NCBI GenBank assembly: GCA_950054485.1
Contig: CATLPD010000002.1
Coordinates: 248,644-312,643, forward strand
Direction: 5' to 3'
Origin: an uncultured Alphaproteobacteria bacterium
GTDB taxonomy: Bacteria; Pseudomonadota; Alphaproteobacteria; Micavibrionales; CSBR16-224
Length of the DNA: 64,000 nucleotides
Shown here: positions 10,232-19,523 of the stretch, piece after piece
Layout: each line of letters opens with the position of its first letter
Numbering within the stretch: the stretch's first letter is position 1
Made by a program: the position numbers and the translations under genes
The notes under the pieces: model-generated
What the model saw: only the letters and a program-made list of their open reading frames with translations
The model's database searches: none
Told to the model about the DNA's origin: nothing

Positions 10232-10927
10232 CTATCTGGCGAGAATAATATAATAAATCCAATATTCTGCAGGCGAGGGAACTTTTAAGAAGCAGCCAAA
10301 TGGTTTGCCATCTATATTCTGTAATGTGGCGCCACCGTATGTGCCTTTAAAATGGGCATTTGAAATAGTGGTATCACTTGGCATAGTTGCGTCGGTTAGA
10401 CCTAAACCGGCTTTTTTATTAACTTCCTGACATACTTCTAATGAAACATCTCGCATGAAATAAACCAAATCTGCGGCCGTTGTTCCTATACCATCAGCAA
10501 CATGGCCACCTGTAAAGATATGATTGTAGAGGTCAATATTGGTGGAGCGAGCCTGTGTCAAATGGCGAAAATCCTGCCATGTGACAAGATCGGTGAATAT
10601 TTCATCTATTTCGCCGCGGCTGTTCGGGTTTTCAGTATTTGTCGTGGCGCTTGGCACACCTGACTGCCCGGTGCGCGGGTCAGCAAAGCTGATATTTGTC
10701 TCGAGGGTTTCATTAACCATCATGGTAGTCGTAACCCCAGCTTTTACAGCACTGAGCCACTTTAGAAGGCGTGTGGCCTCAAGGTTTGCTTCATGTTGGT
10801 CAGATGATGGTGTGTTATTAGAAGATTTCGTTGCTGCGATGCCAAGTGCTGCAAAAAGCAAAATCGCGATAAGCACTAGAAACAGAGCGTTACCTTTTTG
10901 ATATCTATGTGCTGTTTTATTCTTCAT
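10232..10927 (-). CDS. Hypothetical exported protein with pilin-like hydrophobic N terminus
   Basis: 231 aa. The N terminus MKNKTAHRYQKGNALFLVLIAILLFAALGIAA resembles a class III (prepilin) signal but has no Glu at +5. The rest has no recognisable motif. Confidence 0.5.
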   Translation of the reverse strand: MKNKTAHRYQKGNALFLVLIAILLFAALGIAATKSSNNTPSSDQHEANLEATRLLKWLSAVKAGVTTTMMVNETLETNISFADPRTGQSGVPSATTNTENPNSRGEIDEIFTDLVTWQDFRHLTQARSTNIDLYNHIFTGGHVADGIGTTAADLVYFMRDVSLEVCQEVNKKAGLGLTDATMPSDTTISNAHFKGTYGGATLQNIDGKPFGCFLKVPSPAEYWIYYIILAR

Positions 10928-11014
10928 ACTATAAATATACCAGATAAATGGATTGAAAACAGTTAATTTTCAAAAAGATAGGGGGTTAAAGATACGCCTG
11001 AATCCAGACCATAA

Positions 11015-11042
11015 AAATGTGATAATATATATTATGTAAAAT
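11015..11042. other. dif-like candidate Xer recombination site (AAATGTGATAA-TATATA-TTATGTAAAAT)
   Basis: The site is intergenic. The central region plus right arm match remembered dif sites closely (B. subtilis TATATA-TTATGTAAACT, E. coli TTATGTTAAAT). The left arm matches only in the inner ATAA. Confidence 0.3.
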
Positions 11043-11068
11043 AAAAGACGAGTTTAAAAGGGCCAATA

Positions 11069-12127
11069 TTAGGATGAACGCGCAATCACATAGTCGCACA
11101 AATCAACGAATATGCTTTTTATCTCGTTGTCATCGAATAAAGACAAAGATGATATCGCTTTTTCCTTATAGAGGTTTGCAGTTTCCAAAGATTTTTTAAA
11201 GCTGTTATGCGCCTCACAAATTTTAATCGCGCGCGGCAACGTCTCATCATCAATCTTTTTGTTCACAAAAATGCTATACCAGAATGCGCGCTCGTCATCT
11301 GTTGCATTTTCGAGCGCATAAATAATCGGCAATGTGATCTTGCCATCACGCAGGTCATCACCAAGTGACTTTCCAAGCTTATCCTGTGAAGCTGTATAGT
11401 CCAGTACATCATCAGCAATTTGAAACGCTATACCTAAATTCAGGCCGTAATCATGCAAAGCCTGACATCTTTGTTCGTCCTGATCAGCTATAACAGCGCC
11501 GGTTTCACAAGCTGCGGCAAATAAAGCCGCTGTTTTTGATGTAATCACCTGCAAATATGTATCAAAGCCCGTATCCATATTATGTGCGGATGAAAGCTGC
11601 ATAACTTCGCCTTCGGCAATTATAGCAGAGGCACCGGATAGAATACGTAAAACGGGCAGAGATCCGTCCTCGACCATCAGCTGAAACGCGCGGCTGAACA
11701 GAAAATCACCAACCAATACGGCGGCTTCATTGCCAAATACAGCGTTTGCGCTTTGATTGCCGCGGCGAATATTGCTGTCATCGACAACGTCATCATGTAA
11801 TAAGGTTGCCGTATGTATAAATTCTACACATGCGGCCAGATTATGGGCTCTGTCGCCTTTATAACCACACATTTTCGCAGATGCGATTGTCAATAACGGG
11901 CGTAAACGCTTACCGCCAGCAGAAATCAGATAGCTGGCCAGCTGTGGTATCAAAGCAACATCTGAATGCATTTTGTCCATAATGCAGGCATTTACAGCCT
12001 TCATGTCGTCTGCAAGCAGGTTTGACAAAACCTCTAAGGGGCTTTGATGGTTGTTTTGAACTGATTTAGTGGCCAAAGTCATATCATCATTGTATTCGTA
12101 ATTCTGTTTTTTTATAGTGTAATTCAA
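11069..12127 (-). CDS. ispB: Polyprenyl (octaprenyl-type) diphosphate synthase
   Basis: Two Asp-rich motifs are present, LLHDDVVDDSNIRRG and FQIADDVLDY. The start is uncertain: TTG at 12127 (ORF track) or ATG at 12082 (MTLATKSV...). Confidence 0.8.
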   Translation of the reverse strand: MNYTIKKQNYEYNDDMTLATKSVQNNHQSPLEVLSNLLADDMKAVNACIMDKMHSDVALIPQLASYLISAGGKRLRPLLTIASAKMCGYKGDRAHNLAACVEFIHTATLLHDDVVDDSNIRRGNQSANAVFGNEAAVLVGDFLFSRAFQLMVEDGSLPVLRILSGASAIIAEGEVMQLSSAHNMDTGFDTYLQVITSKTAALFAAACETGAVIADQDEQRCQALHDYGLNLGIAFQIADDVLDYTASQDKLGKSLGDDLRDGKITLPIIYALENATDDERAFWYSIFVNKKIDDETLPRAIKICEAHNSFKKSLETANLYKEKAISSLSLFDDNEIKSIFVDLCDYVIARSS

Positions 12128-12155
12128 CCTTAAAGCAAAGAAATATATTTATACT

Positions 12156-12356
12156 GTGAAAGAATTGCTCCGTACAAACGACCCTGTAAAGATCAGTTAC
12201 GTTATACATCTATTGTCCGAACACAATATTGAGGCAATAGAATTGGACAGGCATACCAGCTTTATTGAAGGTTCAATCGGCGCCATCCAGCGACGTATTA
12301 TGGTCGCAGATGATGACCTATTGACCGCACAGTCGGTTTTGAAAGAGATTGATTGA
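12156..12356 (+). CDS. Small DUF2007-like (putative signal-transducing) protein
   Basis: 66 aa, GTG start. The pattern LLRTNDPVKISYVIHLLSEHNIEAIELD...MVADDDLLTAQSVL resembles the family. It is divergent from ispB and precedes a methyltransferase, as I recall for other alphaproteobacteria. Confidence 0.6.
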   Translation: MKELLRTNDPVKISYVIHLLSEHNIEAIELDRHTSFIEGSIGAIQRRIMVADDDLLTAQSVLKEID

Positions 12357-13069
12357 TGAAATTTATCGAAAATACACTGTTAAACGGTCAGGTTACGGTA
12401 AAACAACCGGAAAATGGTTATCGTACGGCAATTGATCCAATTATGCTGGCGGCGGCCTGCCACCCCCACCCTGATGATCATATTGTTGATCTTGGCTGTG
12501 GCGTTGGTACGATCGGATTATGTCTGAATCATTTTGATCCGGGTATGAATGTTACAGGATACGAGATTCAGCCAGAACTGGCAGAGATAGCCGGGCAAAA
12601 CCTTAAAGGGGATAACTTTAAAATTTTAAATGAAAGCATTGATAAAGTTGAAAAAAATACTTTTCATGTCGCTGTTATGAACCCGCCCTACTACGAAGAT
12701 GGACAAAATATATCTTCACCGGATATAAGCAAGGCGACGGCGCATTCAGGGGTCTTAGAAAACTGGTTCAAGGCTGCGAATACGGGGCTAAGAAAGGGTG
12801 GATATTTGTACGGGATATTACCGGCCATCAGATTTGATGATGTTATAAAGCTAAGCCGCAAACATCAATTTGGCGCGCTTCAGTTCTATCCGCTTTTCCC
12901 AAAGCTAGACAAACCCGCAAAACGTATTATATTTCAAGCAAGAAAGCATAAATCGGGTCAGACTGTTCTGCACTCAGGTCTTGTATTGCACAGGCAGGAA
13001 CGGAATTATACCGACGAGGCTGCGGCTATTTTAAACGGCGAAACCAAAATAAAAGCATTTTTGAAATGA
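12353..13069 (+). CDS. SAM-dependent N6-adenine-type methyltransferase (TrmN6/YfiC-like)
   Basis: 238 aa with SAM-binding motif VDLGCGVGTIG and catalytic MNPPYY. It overlaps the upstream gene by 4 nt. Confidence 0.7.
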   Translation: MMKFIENTLLNGQVTVKQPENGYRTAIDPIMLAAACHPHPDDHIVDLGCGVGTIGLCLNHFDPGMNVTGYEIQPELAEIAGQNLKGDNFKILNESIDKVEKNTFHVAVMNPPYYEDGQNISSPDISKATAHSGVLENWFKAANTGLRKGGYLYGILPAIRFDDVIKLSRKHQFGALQFYPLFPKLDKPAKRIIFQARKHKSGQTVLHSGLVLHRQERNYTDEAAAILNGETKIKAFLK

Positions 13070-13938
13070 ACAAAAAAATACGCAAATTTATGTTGAAATT
13101 GCCTGTTGTCGGCAATTGGATGAAAAAGAAACGTCTGGTTTCTGTTGTCAGAATGAATGGCGTGATTGCCCCAAATGCCGACAGTATGTTCAGTCGCGGT
13201 TCGCTTGATATTGAAACGCTTGACCCCATCCTGCAAAATGCCTACAGCGTGCCGGATATCAAGGCTGTTGCGGTTATTATCAATTCACCCGGCGGCACGC
13301 CTGTACAGGCAGCGCTGATTGCAGAACGTATTCAAGAGTTATCAAAAGAAAATAAGGTCAAAACATATACCTTTATTGAGGACGTTGCCGCATCCGGCGG
13401 TTATTGGCTGGCCTGCGCGGCAGATGAAATCTATGCGCATAAAGCGTCAATCGTTGGGTCAATCGGTGTTATTTCCTCCGGTTTTGGTTTTGACAAGTTT
13501 ATCAAAGAACACAAGATAGAACGCCGCGTATACACCGCAGGCAATCATAAATCGATGCTGGATCCGTTTCAACCTGAAGATCCTGAAGATATAAAGCGCC
13601 TGACACAAATTCAAAAAGAATTGCACGGCCAATTTATTGACTGGGTCAAAACACGACGCGGTAAAAAACTGAAGGGATCGGATAAAAAACTGTTTAACGG
13701 TGATATATGGTCGGGTGAAAATGCCGAAGAACTAGGACTAATTGACGGCTGTCAGGAAATGCAGCAGTTCATGAAAAAGAAATTTGGTAAAGACGTAAGG
13801 TTTCTGGAATTCGAGGAAAGCAAAGGGTTTTTGGCGTCGATATTTACATCAACAAAGGCCTTTAATCAGTTGAATTATTTTGATTTTATTGCCTCTATGG
13901 ATCGTTTCTTTATCTGGAATAAGTTCTTAAACAAATGA
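13066..13938 (+). CDS. S49 family serine peptidase (SppA/SohB-like)
   Basis: 290 aa with INSPGGTPVQA and AASGGYWLACAADEIYAHKASIVGSIGV motifs typical of ClpP/S49 fold peptidases. Confidence 0.75.
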   Translation: MNKKIRKFMLKLPVVGNWMKKKRLVSVVRMNGVIAPNADSMFSRGSLDIETLDPILQNAYSVPDIKAVAVIINSPGGTPVQAALIAERIQELSKENKVKTYTFIEDVAASGGYWLACAADEIYAHKASIVGSIGVISSGFGFDKFIKEHKIERRVYTAGNHKSMLDPFQPEDPEDIKRLTQIQKELHGQFIDWVKTRRGKKLKGSDKKLFNGDIWSGENAEELGLIDGCQEMQQFMKKKFGKDVRFLEFEESKGFLASIFTSTKAFNQLNYFDFIASMDRFFIWNKFLNK

Positions 13939-14183
13939 TTTTTCAAATTCTCAGAACCGTTTTAGTTGGCGCTGCCATCTATTTTTTCTCGAAAGTTATT
14001 CGGGGTGCGATCGATAAGAAACTGGACCCGCCGAATGTAGAAGACCAATATAACGCTCAAAGACCGCCAAAGGTCGACATGCCTGAAAAACTGGTCCCCT
14101 GCCCGAATTGTAATATCTATTATAATCCCAATCATCCGCCTGAATGCGGCGATCAGAATTGTCCGTTGAAATCAGGAGAATAA
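13935..14183 (+). CDS. Small membrane-anchored Cys-rich protein
   Basis: 82 aa with an N-terminal TM helix ([18 protein letters not shown]) and C-terminal CPNC...C...C ([22 protein letters not shown]). It overlaps the upstream gene by 4 nt and the convergent ruvB 3' end by 12 nt. Confidence 0.45.
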   Translation: MIFQILRTVLVGAAIYFFSKVIRGAIDKKLDPPNVEDQYNAQRPPKVDMPEKLVPCPNCNIYYNPNHPPECGDQNCPLKSGE

Positions 14184-15215
14184 ATCACTGCTGTTTTGTG
14201 GGGTTGGATTATCAAGTCCCAAATATTTATAACCATAGTCAGAGATCATTCGTCCGCGCGGCGTGCGCTGTAACAGACCTTGCTGTAATAAATAGGGCTC
14301 GATCACATCCTCGATGACATCACGTTGTTCGGATAGAGCTGCGGCAAGTGTATCAACGCCAACAGGGCCGCCGCCATAATTATCAATGATACAGCGCATA
14401 TACCTGTGATCCATTGAATCCAGACCGGAATGATCAATTTCAAGGCGTTTCAGGGCATGATCAGCGATTTGGGCTGTGATTGTATCTTCGTTTTTGACAG
14501 CGGCAAAATCGCGAACGCGCCTTGTCAACCGGCCGGCAACGCGCGGCGTACCGCGACTGCGGCGCGCAATTTCCATCGCGCCATCATTTGAAATGGCAAT
14601 CCCCAGCAAGCCTGAAAGCCGCTCGACTATGATCGCCAGATCATCAGCAGAATAGAATTCGAGACGCTGATGAATACCAAATCGATCACGCAAAGGCGTT
14701 GTCAAGAGGCCGGAACGGGTTGTCGCCGCAACAAGTGTAAATGGCGGCAAATCAATTTTGACCGAGCGGGCGGCTGGCCCTTCCCCGATGATGATATCAA
14801 GCTGACCGTCTTCCATTGCCGGATATAGGATTTCTTCGACCGCCGGATTCAGGCGATGAATTTCATCAATAAAAAGAACATCATTCGGCTGCAGGTTCGT
14901 CAGCAAGGCTGCCAAATCACCCGCGCGTGCGATCACAGGGCCTGATGTTGACCGGAAACCGACACCCAGCTCCTTACTTACGATCTGGGCCAATGTCGTT
15001 TTCCCAAGGCCCGGCGGGCCAAAGAATAAAACGTGATCCAGAACTTCCTGACGTTTGCGGGCTGAATCGATAAAGACTTTCAGATTTTCACGTAACTTCG
15101 GCTGGCCGATAAATTCGCCAAGTGTTTGTGGTCGCAGCGCCTGATCTTCTTGATCATGTCCTTGACGGTCTGCAGACACTTCGCGTTCGATTATGGCCTC
15201 AGCAGTTTCCATCAT
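14172..15215 (-). CDS. ruvB: Holliday junction branch migration ATPase RuvB
   Basis: 347 aa with Walker [10 protein letters not shown], Walker B LFIDEIHR and a winged-helix C terminus. Confidence 0.95.
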   Translation of the reverse strand: MMETAEAIIEREVSADRQGHDQEDQALRPQTLGEFIGQPKLRENLKVFIDSARKRQEVLDHVLFFGPPGLGKTTLAQIVSKELGVGFRSTSGPVIARAGDLAALLTNLQPNDVLFIDEIHRLNPAVEEILYPAMEDGQLDIIIGEGPAARSVKIDLPPFTLVAATTRSGLLTTPLRDRFGIHQRLEFYSADDLAIIVERLSGLLGIAISNDGAMEIARRSRGTPRVAGRLTRRVRDFAAVKNEDTITAQIADHALKRLEIDHSGLDSMDHRYMRCIIDNYGGGPVGVDTLAAALSEQRDVIEDVIEPYLLQQGLLQRTPRGRMISDYGYKYLGLDNPTPQNSSDLFS

Positions 15216-15856
15216 GCGCTCAGTTCCTTCAAGCTCTCGCGGATTAAGATCTGAACATCACCGTTTTGTTCGCCCAGATTACGGCTGGCAGATGTAACGG
15301 CGCTAAAGGCCTCCGCGCGGCCATAACCAAGATTAACCAATGCAGAAACGGCGTCACTGTTGGCGGCAACTGCTGCCGACTTATTGATCTGCGCGCTGCC
15401 ACCTTGTGATGCACCGATTTTAATGGATGTTGCACCAACGCTATCAGTCATCATCTTTCCGGCTTTGTCTTTTAATTCTGTTACGATGCGCAGCGCTATC
15501 TTTTTACCAACGCCGTCAGCACGTGAAATCATGGCTTTATCCTCGGCTGTAATAATCATCGGCAGGTCTTCCGGCTCTATCACGGCCAGAACAGCCAGTG
15601 CGGCTTTGGCCCCAACCCCCTGCACGGTACAAAGCAGGTTAAACCACTCCTTTTCCAAGCTATCGGCAAAACCAAACAGGCTGATTTGATCTTCACGGAC
15701 GTTCGTTTCGATCAGTAAACTGGTTTTATCACCATTATTGCCAATACGGCCAAGCGTTCTGGCAGATGCCTGCACCAGATAGCCGACACCATTCACATCC
15801 AGAATAAGGCTATTTGATGATATTGAATCAATTTGTCCTGTCAGCTTTGCAAACAT
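15212..15856 (-). CDS. ruvA: Holliday junction DNA-binding protein RuvA
   Basis: 214 aa. N terminus MFAKLTGQI...LDVNGVGY, HhH motifs ([26 protein letters not shown]), and a 4-nt overlap with ruvB. Confidence 0.9.
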   Translation of the reverse strand: MFAKLTGQIDSISSNSLILDVNGVGYLVQASARTLGRIGNNGDKTSLLIETNVREDQISLFGFADSLEKEWFNLLCTVQGVGAKAALAVLAVIEPEDLPMIITAEDKAMISRADGVGKKIALRIVTELKDKAGKMMTDSVGATSIKIGASQGGSAQINKSAAVAANSDAVSALVNLGYGRAEAFSAVTSASRNLGEQNGDVQILIRESLKELSA

Positions 15857-15857
15857 A

Positions 15858-16358
15858 TCAGACCTCTACCATTTCGTTTTTCTGTTTCAGTGCGGGCATA
15901 TGATGCGCATGACACATCGCAATCGCAAGGGCATCTGCCGCATGTTCGGAATCGAATTCAACATTCGGCATGAGAACCTTAAGCATCATTTGTATCTGGT
16001 CTTTATTGGCATGCCCAGCACCGACAACAGATTTTTTTATAAGGTTGGGTGCATATTCATAGACATTCAGGCCCACCATGGCCGGAACCGTCATAGCAAC
16101 ACCGCGCGCCTGTCCGAGTTTAAGGGCTGTGCCCGCATTATTATTCATGAAGGTTTCTTCAATTGCGACCGTGGCCGGGGACCAAGTTTTAATCAGATCC
16201 TGCATCTGGCGCATAATTTCAGCCAGTCGCGCGGCCATTGCAATTTTCGAATTCGTTTTGATTGTACCGTTTGCGATATGCTTAGGGGTCGCACCGACAT
16301 AATCAATAATACCCCATCCCGTGAAACGCAGCCCAGGATCAATCCCCAAAATCCGCAT
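15858..16358 (-). CDS. ruvC: Crossover junction endodeoxyribonuclease RuvC
   Basis: 166 aa. MRILGIDPGLRFTGWGII..., with catalytic acidic residues in conserved context (AIEETF, SEHAADALAIA). Confidence 0.9.
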   Translation of the reverse strand: MRILGIDPGLRFTGWGIIDYVGATPKHIANGTIKTNSKIAMAARLAEIMRQMQDLIKTWSPATVAIEETFMNNNAGTALKLGQARGVAMTVPAMVGLNVYEYAPNLIKKSVVGAGHANKDQIQMMLKVLMPNVEFDSEHAADALAIAMCHAHHMPALKQKNEMVEV

Positions 16359-16377
16359 GTTTTACACCCCTTGTTTT

Positions 16378-17130
16378 TTAGCCAGCCAGACGGTCCATAA
16401 TTTCATCATCAATATCAAAATTGGCATAGACATTTTGCACGTCGTCGCTGTCTTCCAAAGCATCGATTAGCTTTAAAAGCGTGCCCGCGGTTTCTTCATC
16501 AACGGCAACCAGATTTTGCGGTTTCCAGACCAGACCGGCACTTTCAGGCTCTCCGTATTTGTCTTCCAATGTACTGTTCACATCACCAAAGTCGTTCACA
16601 TCAGTAATCACCTCGTGAAATTCATCGTCGCTTTCGACATTTTGGGCGCCGGCTTCGGCCGCGGCTACGAACATATCATCGGCGCTGGCCACGGACACCG
16701 GATAAACAATTGCCCCAACCTGATCAAACATAAAGCTGACCGAATTGGTCTCGCCGAGATTACCACCATTTTTACTGAAGGCTGTGCGCAGCTCGCTTGC
16801 GGTTCGATTGCGGTTGTCTGTCAGGGCATCTACGATAACGGCAATTCCGCCCGGGCCATAACCTTCATAGCGCATTTCCTCATAATTTGTTCCATCATCG
16901 CTGCCTGGTGTACCGCTTTTGATTGCGCGCTCGATGCGGTCTTTGGGCATGTTCTCTTTACGGGCGGTCTGAATGGCAAGACGCAAACGCGGGTTCATGT
17001 CCGGATCCGGAGCCCCCATACGTGCGGCAACAGTTATTTCGCGCCCAAGCTTATTAAAAAGCTTGGCACGTTTCTTATCTTGTGCGCCTTTTCTGTGTTG
17101 AATATTTTTGAATTTGGAATGGCCTGCCAT
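16378..17130 (-). CDS. YebC/PmpR family DNA-binding regulator
   Basis: 250 aa. The N terminus [32 protein letters not shown] is diagnostic. It lies upstream of ruvCAB as usual. Confidence 0.9.
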   Translation of the reverse strand: MAGHSKFKNIQHRKGAQDKKRAKLFNKLGREITVAARMGAPDPDMNPRLRLAIQTARKENMPKDRIERAIKSGTPGSDDGTNYEEMRYEGYGPGGIAVIVDALTDNRNRTASELRTAFSKNGGNLGETNSVSFMFDQVGAIVYPVSVASADDMFVAAAEAGAQNVESDDEFHEVITDVNDFGDVNSTLEDKYGEPESAGLVWKPQNLVAVDEETAGTLLKLIDALEDSDDVQNVYANFDIDDEIMDRLAG

Positions 17131-17273
17131 GTTGTCTACCCAGGTTTGTTCTAGATCTGTTCTCTTTTTATACCATTTTTTCTGTCACAGGAAAAGGGAA
17201 TTTCGGCTACTAAATCAATATTAACCATGTTAGCATACTATAAAATATTAAGATAAAATCGGTATTGTTTTGA

Positions 17274-17825
17274 ATGGCTTATAATTTTTCTAATATCAAG
17301 GTTCTGGTTGTCGAGAATAATACGGCAATGTTCAGCCTGATTAAAAATGTCCTTGGCGCGTTTGGCATTAGCAAGATCTATTCTGCATATAGCGTGGACG
17401 AAGGATTTAAGGAGTTTCAAAGGCGTAGCCCCGATCTGGTTATCATCGACTGGCTGGATGAGGAAAATGGCGGGGTCAATCTGACAGCTAAAATCCGCCA
17501 GACCGATAACAGCGTTAATCCGTTTGTGCCGGTTATAATGATGACAGGATACAGCCAGAAAAGGCGTGTCATTATGGCGCGCGATTCGGGAATTACTGAA
17601 TTTATCGTCAAGCCATTTACTGCAAAGGCCCTATACGACAAAGTAGAGTCAATTATCGAGCGTCCGCGCCAATTTGTAAAAGCGGACAGCTTTTTTGGCC
17701 CAGACCGGCGTCGAAAGCGTGATGGATATTCCGGCACTGACCGCCGTCAAAATGCGGCCAGCCCCCCTCTTCCCACCCCACCCAAGGACGACGAGTTTTT
17801 TATTGATTTCAAAGACAAAGATTAA
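17274..17825 (+). CDS. Single-domain CheY-like response regulator with Arg-rich C-terminal tail
   Basis: 183 aa. The receiver has D57-, T87- and K109-equivalents (IIDW, IMMTG, VKPF), but Glu-Asn (VVENN) replaces the Asp-Asp pair. The tail contains GPDRRRKRDG and GTDRRQ. Confidence 0.8.
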   Translation: MAYNFSNIKVLVVENNTAMFSLIKNVLGAFGISKIYSAYSVDEGFKEFQRRSPDLVIIDWLDEENGGVNLTAKIRQTDNSVNPFVPVIMMTGYSQKRRVIMARDSGITEFIVKPFTAKALYDKVESIIERPRQFVKADSFFGPDRRRKRDGYSGTDRRQNAASPPLPTPPKDDEFFIDFKDKD

Positions 17826-17831
17826 TATGCC

Positions 17832-18365
17832 ATGATAGATACGCCTTACGAAAAAGTAGATTTTGCCAATATGCCGCGACAGCGGAATGCCGAATTTTTT
17901 AATCCGCCGAACATTCTTAAACAAAAAGCTGGCTCGGGAGGTATTGCACCTGATCTGATACAAAAAGCCGAAGATATGATCAACAGGAACGAACAGGATT
18001 TTCGGCCGATTGCGGAAAATTATTTTGAAATTCTTGATGCGGCTAGCCATAAGGTTAAAGATGGTGAGCTTAAAGGTCAGGATGCCTTTGAATCTGTCCT
18101 GTATCCCCTATCACAGTTAAAAGCCCAAGGGGCCATGTTCAATCAGCCTATCGTCAGTGACTTGGCGGCGATGCTGATCAATTTTCTGGAAGTCATCGAT
18201 GATTTGGACGAGCAGGCGATTAGCATCTTAATGGTGCATAAGATGACCTTACAGGCTGTGATCAAGAAAAAATTACCGGCAGATGCCGAAGCCGCACAAA
18301 ACCAGACTTTAAAAGATGCTCTGAAAGATGCCTGCATACGTTATTTTCAACGTAATAAAGCTTAA
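17832..18365 (+). CDS. Hypothetical helical protein, possibly a His-less Hpt-like module
   Basis: 177 aa, 6 nt after the receiver gene. The segment LYPLSQLKAQGAMFNQPIVSDLAAML resembles the Hpt signature xHxLKGxxxxxG but has Ser at the His position. This is an eye-level resemblance only. Confidence 0.4.
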   Translation: MIDTPYEKVDFANMPRQRNAEFFNPPNILKQKAGSGGIAPDLIQKAEDMINRNEQDFRPIAENYFEILDAASHKVKDGELKGQDAFESVLYPLSQLKAQGAMFNQPIVSDLAAMLINFLEVIDDLDEQAISILMVHKMTLQAVIKKKLPADAEAAQNQTLKDALKDACIRYFQRNKA

Positions 18366-18368
18366 TAG

Positions 18369-19523
18369 TTACAATTCACTTAGAATATAGGCCCTATGCT
18401 TACTCAGGTTTTCGAGGTTTACGGGGGCTGCTTCAAAAGACAATATAGCTGTTTCAAAACCATCGGTGATAAAATTTAGATCGATATGGGTCTTTTGGTC
18501 CTGATGATAGCACGCGACCTTGTAATGATCTAAACGTATGCCCTGCCAATAATCTTCTACTATATGCTGGCGCGCAAAATCACCCACACATGTTTTTTCA
18601 AGATCGGCGAAGACATTCTCCATCAAATCGTGTTGTTGCAAACCTGTTGTGATCAGATTAGCTTTAACATTGTCCTGTTCCCAGAAAATGGGCGTATTCA
18701 AATCGGGTTGCTTTTCTTGAATGAATTTTACGACTTTGGGCCCCAAAGACGATGCAATTTTTTGGCTAAGATAATCCGCAGCTTTGGGCTCTGCAGATGT
18801 GCACATGGATTTGCCAGTGCCCAGCTCTATACGTTCAACGGGTTCTACCGGCATCGCGCTGACGGGGGGCTGCATTTTTTGGCCGGGGAAATGTACCTTG
18901 ATATATGTTCTGGCGGGATCGTTGTAAAAATCTTTTCTATAGACCGGGTTTTTGTGAAAAGTTTGAGACATGATTGATCCGGGAACAGGTATCGCGCCTG
19001 TGTTCACTGGGCTTTGTGCCCCTGCATTATGCATGCCGCTATTTGTTTTCAAGCAATTATCGATGTTTTTGATTGCATATGCAGACCCTGATAGAGGAAC
19101 TGACATAGACTGGTTGCCATGGGATATTTCAAGCGTACTTCCTGCCTTTAAGGCATTTAGAAAGTCGTAATCATACATTAAAGACGCGATTAAAGTGTCT
19201 GTATTTACGACTTTTGTTGATAATCGACGTTCTATTAGATTATCTATTTTGAAAGTGGTGATATCAGCTGGAGAAATATTGCGCGAATGTCTATAGGCAA
19301 GTGATGCCGAGCCGCTGTAGTCACGTGCTATAACGATTTGTCTGTTTCCGTCAAAATCAACACTGGCCAGGCAATATCCTGAAACTATATCCTCATTAAT
19401 ATTATGCGAGCTTTTGTGCTTAATATACCATTCAGCGGCATGCACACTTGTTAAGGAGACGCAGGCAAAACACAAGAGCGTTGTGATGAATAAATTAAAT
19501 CGGATTAACTGGTGTCTTTTCAC
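18369..19523 (-). CDS. Secreted hypothetical protein (short paralog)
   Basis: 384 aa with signal peptide MKRHQLIRFNLFITTLLCFACVSLTSVHA. Its N- and C-terminal domains align with those of the upstream 679-aa protein. Confidence 0.6.
   Translation of the reverse strand: MKRHQLIRFNLFITTLLCFACVSLTSVHAAEWYIKHKSSHNINEDIVSGYCLASVDFDGNRQIVIARDYSGSASLAYRHSRNISPADITTFKIDNLIERRLSTKVVNTDTLIASLMYDYDFLNALKAGSTLEISHGNQSMSVPLSGSAYAIKNIDNCLKTNSGMHNAGAQSPVNTGAIPVPGSIMSQTFHKNPVYRKDFYNDPARTYIKVHFPGQKMQPPVSAMPVEPVERIELGTGKSMCTSAEPKAADYLSQKIASSLGPKVVKFIQEKQPDLNTPIFWEQDNVKANLITTGLQQHDLMENVFADLEKTCVGDFARQHIVEDYWQGIRLDHYKVACYHQDQKTHIDLNFITDGFETAILSFEAAPVNLENLSKHRAYILSEL

Noticed and set aside
15900-16400. 166-aa ORF on the plus strand
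   Set aside because: It is antisense to ruvC with almost identical boundaries. It is a shadow ORF.
16516-17154. 212-aa ORF on the plus strand
   Set aside because: It lies entirely antisense to the unmistakable yebC gene and has no motifs or RBS. It is a typical shadow ORF.
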